NCBI GenBank assembly: GCA_964016885.1
Contig: OZ024742.1
Coordinates: 267,158,001 to 267,222,000 of the forward strand
Direction: 5' to 3'
Length of the DNA: 64,000 bases
From: Eledone cirrhosa
Taxonomy: Eukaryota
Below, piece after piece: positions 54,475-64,000 of the stretch (positions within the stretch are counted from its first letter, which is position 1; each line of letters starts with the position of its first letter). The notes below the pieces were generated by a model. That model saw only the letters and a program-made list of their open reading frames with translations, ran no database searches and was not told where the DNA came from. The translations under genes were made by a program, and so were the position numbers.

Positions 54475-57400
54475 ACAGCGGGAGACAGACACCTAGATAG
54501 ACAGAGAAAGAGAGGAAGCTATACAGGGAGATAGATATGTAGAGAATACAAGGAATCGAAAGTCCATGTAAGTTAAAGATCATAAACCCACAGTTTCAAC
54601 GTTGAACCACGAAAGGATGGTGCTCAGAAAACAGACGAGAAGATAGCCTAGTGGCTTATAAAACTTTGCCAGTAAGTGAGATTCAACAGACGCATTAGAA
54701 TTATATTAGTGACCAATTGGCAAAGAAATGTGACGAATATTTTTTTCCTATTAAGAAATAAATGAAATTAGTGTTCATAAGTGATATTAATGGCTGAAAT
54801 GAATTTTGCACGATGTATATATTCCCGTTTCAACTCAGATGATTTCAATTTCCTAGCAATGCATATATAAATATATTCACTCATATATATTCATACACAC
54901 ACACACATGCACACAAACATACACACATACATAATACAGGCACGTACACACACCTATACACATACATACACACACAGACACACACACGCAAACAGACACA
55001 CACACACATATATATATATATGTATATTCAATATATTGAACAAAAACATTTCAATATAACAAATGAAAAAGTAAATAACTTTACGTATAAAATATCACAC
55101 TTCTCATGTTTGATGGTGAATGATCTCGGTAAAATTCCGCCACACTTAATATATTTCTATTCTTGCTTACATTAAAATGATAATGAAACTCATAAATATG
55201 GATATATGAAAGTGCCATAAATATATTATTCACTTGTTCGTGTATATTTGTAGAAACGTATATAGTGTATTCATGCTGGTTGTGAATCCGGCGTAAATAA
55301 TAAAATGAAGTTGAATTAAATAGGAGACGGATATTTTTGCCTATATGTTCTAACTGGTTTTGCTGTAACGTATTATAATATATTGCTTTAGAGTATAATG
55401 GTTAGTCGAGTGTCAGAAAGTGTTAGAAATAGGCAAGAAATGGATTAAATGCATGATTGGAATGAATTATGTCCCTTGCCTTGTTAGTTCAAATACCACT
55501 GAGATCAATATTGCCATTTCAAGTATCGGTAATATAAATAACCCTCACATACTGTACGTTTGGTCTGTTTTAGTAATCTCTATATCCCTTCCTTACACGT
55601 GGGAAACAATATATTACAATTATTTTCTATAATTACTACATACATCCATCGACGTTTCGTTCTGAATCTCTTGAAGTATGTTTACTGATCATCTGAGCTC
55701 AATATAACCGATACGAAATTTATTTTTTTCCTATGCACACGTCAACACTTAGGTGAAAGATGTGACCGAAAAAATTACTTGGTCTCTAAATAGTGAAAAC
55801 TATACAATTTAAAATTTTCGCTTGAACTCACATTCATTCAATAAACTTTGCCAATTTTGTCCTTGCAGTAACGTTTCAATTTACCCGTCCTCCTTCCGTT
55901 ATATTCTATTTTTACCTTGGTAAAGAAAGACGACATGTTTAAAGACAACTAGACATGAGTAGAAAACAATATTGGATATGAGCGGTCAAGATATAATGGA
56001 ACATGGTGGGTGTGGGGGAATGATCTTACAAGAATGACAAATAAGATGACACAACATGAACGTAACATGGAGTAACGTAATGGTACTGTACACAGATCAC
56101 ATTATATAATGCGACTCAAAATTAATGTAACAGAGCGCACATTGGAAGAAACAGGAGGTAACGTGAAAGTACGCGACAGAAATTACAGATAGGTTGGCTT
56201 CATATGAATGTTGCAAAGTGTAACATAAAGTGTTATGAAAGCAATGCGTAACATGGACGCAATATGATGTAACTCGAAGCTAATATTGCATAAGATAAAA
56301 GATATATGAAAGTACCGTTCAGCTCCACGTATTAATACGTTTAGGGTGACGTGATATTGCATGATGTAACATGAATGTAAGTTGGCGTAACATGAACGAA
56401 ACATATATTATGAATGTACTATAGAGTAGCATGAAGGCAATTTGATCTACCATAAAGGTAGCGTGACAAAATGAATTTAAGATGGGGTATCATGAGGATA
56501 GCATGCCGTATCATTAAAGGAACATGACGCAATATGAAGTAACACGCATATATAGTCCTTACAGAACCCACAACAACCAGTTCTATTTTATCAGGAAATT
56601 CGTCATCTGAAATTCTCCCCAAGCCTATCTATTTTCCATCAGCCATCAACTTGCAAGTGTTAAAAAAGCACTTCGAGGAAATCAAACTCAGTTTTCTTTT
56701 TACAATATCTGCGAAGCCAGTTGGCGCATCCCTTTCCATCACGCCAAGCCATGAAAAAGAAAATGCCCGCAACGATAAGGCAATGGTGGTTTAGGTAACA
56801 TACTTTCAAGGAAATTATGCCTTGGAAGCAGGAATCTATTACAGTGAAGTTATTCCTGTTTTAGTGATGATATGTTTTATTTTTGAATTATATAGTTTTT
56901 AAATCAAAGTTTAATATTCATGAGAAGAGCTGATATCTAAATGGTGGGGCTATCTATATAACGACTATATTGATCATACATTTCTTTACGTTTATACACG
57001 TTTATCACTTTAGTAATAACTTCAGTTTTCAACACTCAACATAAAAGAAAATCTGTTTTTATGTTCTGGTTTATTTGTTACTATTTTTTTAATCATATAT
57101 TAATATCCCTTTAGGTTTTATAAAATGGCAGCATCAGAGGAATAGATTTTTATATATAAAAAAAACGGAAAATAAACATTAACACAATATACTTTATGTC
57201 GTTTTCACGTTTATCGTAGAATGAGATTTAAAAAAAAATCATTTGCATTGATATGCAAAATAGTGGAGATAAAGAAGAGAGAAACTGCATACATGTAACT
57301 TTTCACATAATCATAGATACGCACACATATATGTGTACCTTTGAATACACACAAACACATAAGGAGAGAAAAAAGAAGAAAGAATGGTAACATTAAATAA

Positions 57401-57578
57401 CCACTTCTATATGTATTGTGAATCAGATATACCACAGACAATGCAACAGTTTTCACACAATAAAACATACATACACATACAGAGAGAGGATTAGAGATCA
57501 TACGCATACATCTATGGATATATATATTCATGTATAAACATACATGTATATCTGTATAAATTTATGTATATATATAAT

Positions 57579-57620
<42 letters not shown>

Positions 57621-57631
57621 ATATATATTAT

Positions 57632-57721
<90 letters not shown>

Positions 57722-57741
57722 ATATATATAATATATATATT

Positions 57742-57924
<183 letters not shown>

Positions 57925-57936
57925 TATATATATATT

Positions 57937-58023
<87 letters not shown>

Positions 58024-58028
<5 letters not shown>

Positions 58029-58131
58029 GTTTCTACATTAGGCACAAGGCCAGCAATTACCCAGTACATTACTGGTACTTTATTTTATCGACCCCGTAAG
58101 GATGAAAGGTAAAGTTAACCTCGGCGGGATT
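58024..58131 (-). mobile_element. 3' half of octopus-type SINE between (TA)n tracts (similar fragment 63508-63601)
   Basis: Matches 26824-26926. Confidence 0.8.
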
Positions 58132-58167
58132 AATATATATATATATATATATAATATACATATATAT

Positions 58168-58220
<53 letters not shown>

Positions 58221-58226
58221 ATATAT

Positions 58227-58258
<32 letters not shown>

Positions 58259-58270
58259 ATATATTATATA

Positions 58271-58344
<74 letters not shown>

Positions 58345-58361
58345 ATTATATATATATATAT

Positions 58362-58431
<70 letters not shown>

Positions 58432-58446
58432 TATATATTATATATA

Positions 58447-58535
<89 letters not shown>

Positions 58536-58536
58536 G

Positions 58537-58717
58537 ATTTTTTGTTTATGTCGGTTGCATACCAACACCTCAGTATGCAGGCTGGAGCACTCGACTAATA
58601 CTAATACTAATTCAAACTGCCTGAAGAGGTCACAGCCAAAGATGGCTGTCACTGAAATATATATAGCAGTAATAAACGAAGCTAAATTTTTTAAATCATT
58701 TGACTTTTATTTAACTT

Positions 58718-58725
<8 letters not shown>
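58537..58725. mobile_element. Family D mini-element: inverted tail fragment joined to an intact hammerhead (58616-58670, plus strand)
   Basis: 58537-58595 is the reverse complement of 7079-7138; 58603-58723 matches 6924-7041. Confidence 0.8.
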
Positions 58726-58764
<39 letters not shown>

Positions 58765-58768
<4 letters not shown>

Positions 58769-59770
58769 TTAGAAACTCGAAATAGTCTCTTACAATTAAA
58801 TAGCTTAAAGAAAGAGGTTTTTCTGAGCCATCTAATATAACTGAATATACAAGAGAGGTAAACACAAATATAAACATACATGTGTTCGAATTGTAAGGGA
58901 CCAAGTTCGCTAGGGTGAATAAAATACAAACTATAACAATATGGCTTGCCTGACTCAATAATTTAAAGTAATAAATCAAGAAAAAGAAGAACAAACCTAT
59001 ATTGGGCAACTGCCTGAACACCCAGGCAGCTGTGGTTGCTGTTTCGCAATTTAATTAGCGAAGGAAATTACCAATTTTCTGCTCTTCAATGGGTGTAAAC
59101 ATTAGTAATCCCTCCATTTCTAAATATATCAAAAGACTGAATAGTGTTCGAATATGAAATAACGCACATGGTATCAGAACCTAGCGTGTCTCATAAACAC
59201 ACGCTGCTAAAAATACCAGCCGAGTTTACACGACATTTAAATTAGCTCGACAAGAAGGAGCCGACAATATCAGGGGTATATATTGAGTTAGAAACTCAAT
59301 TAAATAGCTCAAAGAAAGAAGTTTTTCTGATCCATGTAATATATGTGTGTTTATATTTGTGTTTACCTCTCTTTTATATTCAGTTATATTACACGGCTCA
59401 GAAAAATTTCTTTCTTAGAGCTATTTAATTGTAAGAGACTATTTTGAGTTATTTCATATTCGCACACTATTCAGTCTTCTGATATACTTAGAAGTGGAGG
59501 GATTACTAATTTTTACACCCACTGAAGAGCAGAAAATTGGTAATTTCCTTCGCTGAATAAATTGCGAAACAGCCACCAAAGCTGTCTGGGTGTTCAGGCA
59601 GTTGCCCAATATAGGTCTGTTATTCGTTTTCTTGATTTATTACTTTAAATTATTGAGTCAGGCAAGCCATATTGTTATAGTTAGTATTTTTTTCACCCTG
59701 GCGAACTTGGTCCCTTACAATTCGAACACAGGCATGTTTTTATTTGTGTTTACCTCTCTTGTATATTCAG

Positions 59771-59775
<5 letters not shown>
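58765..59775. mobile_element. Foldback hammerhead element, family O, with terminally redundant arms
   Basis: 58833-59162 inverted with 59449-59775; segment 58765-58880 recurs at 59286-59342 (direct) and 59345-59450 (inverted). Confidence 0.85.
59515..59593 (+). ncRNA. Canonical type I hammerhead, family O (mirror 59018-59096 mutated)
   Basis: ACACCCA-CTGAAGA-GCAG...TTGC-GAAA-CAGC CACCAAA GCTG-TC-TGGGTGT; GUC triplet. Confidence 0.9.
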
Positions 59776-59832
<57 letters not shown>

Positions 59833-59999
59833 CAAGCCTGGTCGGCTACCGTTCCTTGTGGAAATAAGCATCCTCAGCTCATATACATAGTTGAGAAATC
59901 TATATGATTCTAGCTTATCAGCGGAATCTAGGTGAATGTGCAGCCTTGACAGCCACCAACATGTGAGGAACAACCATGCTTCCCCTGGTTTTGCTGAGA

Positions 60000-60132
<133 letters not shown>

Positions 60133-61173
60133 CTGTGTGTGAGTGTGTGTATGTGGGGGAGGGGTATGTATGTAGTTACTACTTGCTTACAAACCAAAAA
60201 CTAAACATTCGGAGTTTTTAATTACTAACAATTTTTTCTTCCCATTGCAAAATACCACATATCGCAAATTATTATATTTAACACTTTGCTGTTAGTGAGC
60301 ATAGACTATGGGCGTCATCATATTTTCAATAAAATACCAATACAAATCATTCACGAAAAAAATAGATAATGCATATCACTCATCAAAATTTCAAAATAAA
60401 TCAGTTACAAATATAGATCAAAGAATATCATAGTCCAAATATACGGTGTCAGTTTCGTTAAAAGCTTTTTGGAAGCAGTATTTTCTAGAATGATTTGGAA
60501 TTTAGAGTTTAAAAAATGTGATAGTTCTAAACATATGGTGTTACTGGTATTAGAAATGATTCGCAACAGCAGTAATTTTCCTAATTCATATTTGGAACCG
60601 TAGTATTTTTCTAATTCATAATAACGCTTACTGTGTGCAGATTAGTATGTCCATTTCAGAATATTATTAAGAGCAAAAGGATATATACATACCCGCCAAA
60701 TACATGTTTCCTTGTGGTTGATTGGAATCATCCACATATTCTGATGATGGTTCAATGAAATCCGAATATCGATTAAAGATTTTTATAAGTTTTTCAATTT
60801 ACAGGGAAATTCGAATTTTCTGACATGTTTACATGCCTATATATATATCTTAATTAATTATCAACACGAGTGCTAATTAAATGCAAATTAGCATGTCCGA
60901 TTCAGAATAATACTAATGCGAATGGGTATATATACCCATCAAATACATATTTCCTTATGGTTGATTGGATAATATATACGTCTTCTGTATTCATACCGAT
61001 ACAACTTTATCTTCAAATTCCATAGTCTATTCCAAGAGTCTATCGGGCCCCGTCTATCTAATATATTTACACTCTACTATACTAAGTATCGAATACTTTG
61101 CTGAAAAATGGTCTTACTAGATCATAACTGGTAAAAGCCTGATCTATATATACATACAGATTATATACATAAG

Positions 61174-61222
<49 letters not shown>

Positions 61223-61550
61223 ATATATGTATATTCATACATCCAATAAAAATTTACATAATTTTGATTGTCTTTCGGAATTGAAGTATTAATTTCACGA
61301 TGTTTTACCAGAAGCAAGATTATGCCTTGCTTAGTTGAGAAACACGCAATCGAAAAATTATCTTCACATTTTCGTATTATTATAAACAAAAATTCCTTTG
61401 ACATTTTCCCAATAATCCATTTGGTCAGTCTTCAAGGTTTGCCAACAGATGGGATCATCCAAAATATAAACTGACATAAGAAATTTCTCGAGAATGTCGC
61501 TCTACTAACGTATGTTGACATAGCTTTCTTGCATTGCTTATTTAATTATG

Positions 61551-61680
<130 letters not shown>

Positions 61681-61918
61681 TGAGAGAGAGAAAGAGAAAG
61701 GTGTATATATGAGGACATATATAAATATATATAAGACGTTTATATACAATAAACCTATGGGTAGCTTCTCTATCGAAGAAAAATAATTTTTCCTCTATGA
61801 ATATATCATAGAGTTGCCAGTATATTCGGAGAGTATCAGGCAACACTGTTTCAAGATTCGTTAATCTTTTATCAGTTATACTCACTCAGAACATACTAGC
61901 TTGGACTAAACTGTAATG

Positions 61919-63148
61919 TATGAGGTACACTCAAGAGGTTTTGAGACCGTTGTCAAAGAGACACTTATTTCACTTAGACCAACACCAAACTCTAGTCTCC
62001 CACAAAATAGGATACTCCACATTCAACGTATTACGTTGTACTACTTGTAGTCATCCAAAGTGAAGGCGTCCAGGGCATTTGACACGGCTTCCTTCATCCT
62101 CTCCACATCCTCAAAGCGGATACACCTGAGCTTCTCCTTCAGTTTCGAGAACATCCAGAAATTGCACGAGGCTATGTCTGGTCTTTAGGGAGGATGAGGT
62201 ACAGTCTTGACTCCAATAACGGCTACGTAGTTGGTAATCAGGATGAATTTACGGTAGAGGGCAGTGGACACTGACCAGATTTAAAGAATTCTGGTCTCTG
62301 AACTGCCTCAGAACCTCTATATAATACTCTGTGTTCTCTGCCTGACCGTGGAGGACCCAGTGGATGTAGATGATGTTCTTGCTATCGAAGAATGGGGTCA
62401 TCATGAGCTTCCCAGTGGACCTGCCTTGCCTGCCCTTCTAGGGTATTGGAGAGTTAGAATGTTTCCACCTTTCACTATTCGTCTCTGGATCAAAACAATA
62501 GACGCAGCTCTCATCACAGATTACGAATGACTCAAGGACATTTGGATTTGAGGCGATCCATTCGAACATCTCCCTGCTGTCATCAACGCGCCTCTCCCTT
62601 TGATCTTCATTGATCATCCTGGAAACAAGCTTTGCACAAATTGCGCGCATGTTCTGATCGTCAAGAATGACTGTGCACAGTGCTCTCAGCCACTTCAAAT
62701 TATTTAGCAATCATTAGAAGAGATACACGACGGTCCTTGTCCAGAAAGTTGTGAATACCTTTGACCGGTTTTGGCGTCCTGCTGTACTTTTCCTGCCACA
62801 TCTCTCATCATCCCTCATCTGCTCGCTGCTCTCCTGGAATCCCTTGTGCCAGCGGAAAACAGTCTCCCGGCTCGTGAATGTTAGTCCGTAAAAAGGTTTG
62901 ACAATTTTATAGGTTTTTGCAGCGATTTTGCCGAGCTTGAGACAAACCGTTATTGCATATCGAGTTTACAAGTTGTCCTCACGTCCCAACTGCATTGTGT
63001 ATCCATTCTGTTGTGACACGGCGTGTATTCAAAGTGCTGTAGCGGTTCGAACCTTCAGCCTGGAAAAAAGATTTGCATGTTAGCTTTATAATCATATCAA
63101 GGATGTATTAGAGTGACATTTACCCAGGTCAATTAAAAGTGCCTCATA
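61919..63148 (-). mobile_element. Decayed Tc1/mariner DNA transposon
   Basis: TA-flanked degenerate TIRs (TGAGG.AC); transposase remnants FRWHKGF, CAKLVSR (WVPR-like), ICDESCVYCFDPET, HPP*RPDIASCNFWMF (YSPDL-like). Confidence 0.85.
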
Positions 63149-64000
63149 TAGTATTTTGCGTGATGCTTCTAGTTTGGGGATGCTCATTTGCATGTAGGAA
63201 ATAGAAAACATCAAGTGGTCATTTGCATATCGTGCTTGGCTATTTATGTTTAATTATAGGTAGAATTAAGGCAGCAAAATATCATATAGACTATAGTCTA
63301 ATATATGCCAGTATGTTCTGAGTGAGTGTTACTCATGAAAGATAAACAAATCTTGAAACATCGTTGTCTGATACTCTCAGAATATACTGGCAACTCTATA
63401 GTATATTCATAGTGGAAAATAGAGAACAATCTATTTATTTCTCGTTTCATTTCGTTACGAAAAAATATTTCTTTTTGGCAGCGAGGTTACCTATATGTTT
63501 ATTGTATATAATTGTTTCTACGTTAGGCACAAGGCCAGAAATTACCCAGTGTATTACTGGTACTTTATTTTATCGACCCCGTAAGGATGAAAGGCAAAGT
63601 TTATTGTGTATAATGCACCTATATCATGGTTAAACGCTGTCTTACAGCTACCGCTAGTTAAATATAACCAGACTCACATATTGTATGGTCGTGAGTCGGC
63701 ATGGCAATTACGTTAAGGGTACATATGTTTGTGAAACAAGTAAATTCACGAGTTAGACGTTCAGTTGGTCGAACAACTGAATGCTCAAGTTTGAAATCGA
63801 AGGAGAGACTCTTCATGATCATCATCACTAGCAGATTATCCAGTGTGTCACTCCTTAACCAAGATAGTAAAATGTATAGTAAGGTATAGTTGGTTGACAT
63901 TTTATCAGTTCTAGTGATCATAATCTCGTGTTAATGAGTTGCATTATCACGATGCATCTGCTCATCGTTTGATTTGTGCAAGAAACATTGTAAATGCATG

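Noticed and set aside
60640-60990. Diverged 90-bp direct repeat, with CTGATGA...GAAA at 60741
   Set aside because: Repeat is real but unassignable; hammerhead stems do not form
63658-63921. ORF with LRSDTLDNLL, reminiscent of a hAT transposase C-terminus
   Set aside because: Only a short motif at the window edge; insufficient to call

Overview
Eukaryotic, very AT-rich and microsatellite-saturated DNA. The SINE families and (TA)n/(CA)n load suggest an octopus-like cephalopod (inference from repeat recognition). No confident host gene was found, and almost all listed ORFs are microsatellite artefacts. The window is a mosaic of transposable elements: one near-full-length Tx1/L1-clade LINE (intact ORF1, ORF2 missing its extreme C-terminus) with two tandem 5'-truncated relatives in (GATA)n, older Tx1 fragments, four Penelope-like element (PLE) remnants, an R4/Dong-type RLE LINE in (TACA)n, RTE fragments, Helitrons, a decayed mariner and several tRNA-derived SINEs. 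The main discovery, found by reading both strands for CTGANGA...GAAA cores and folding the stems by hand, is about 14 sequence-unrelated type-I hammerhead ribozyme families (over 20 copies) in 64 kb. Most have a palindromic stem-III loop. Many sit in small non-coding head-to-head foldback units inside (TA)n tracts, and some show greater-than-unit-length, retrozyme-like redundancy. One foldback is built from the terminal repeat of a coding Penelope element in the same window. Coordinates were read by eye and may be off by a few bases; ribozyme activity is untested.
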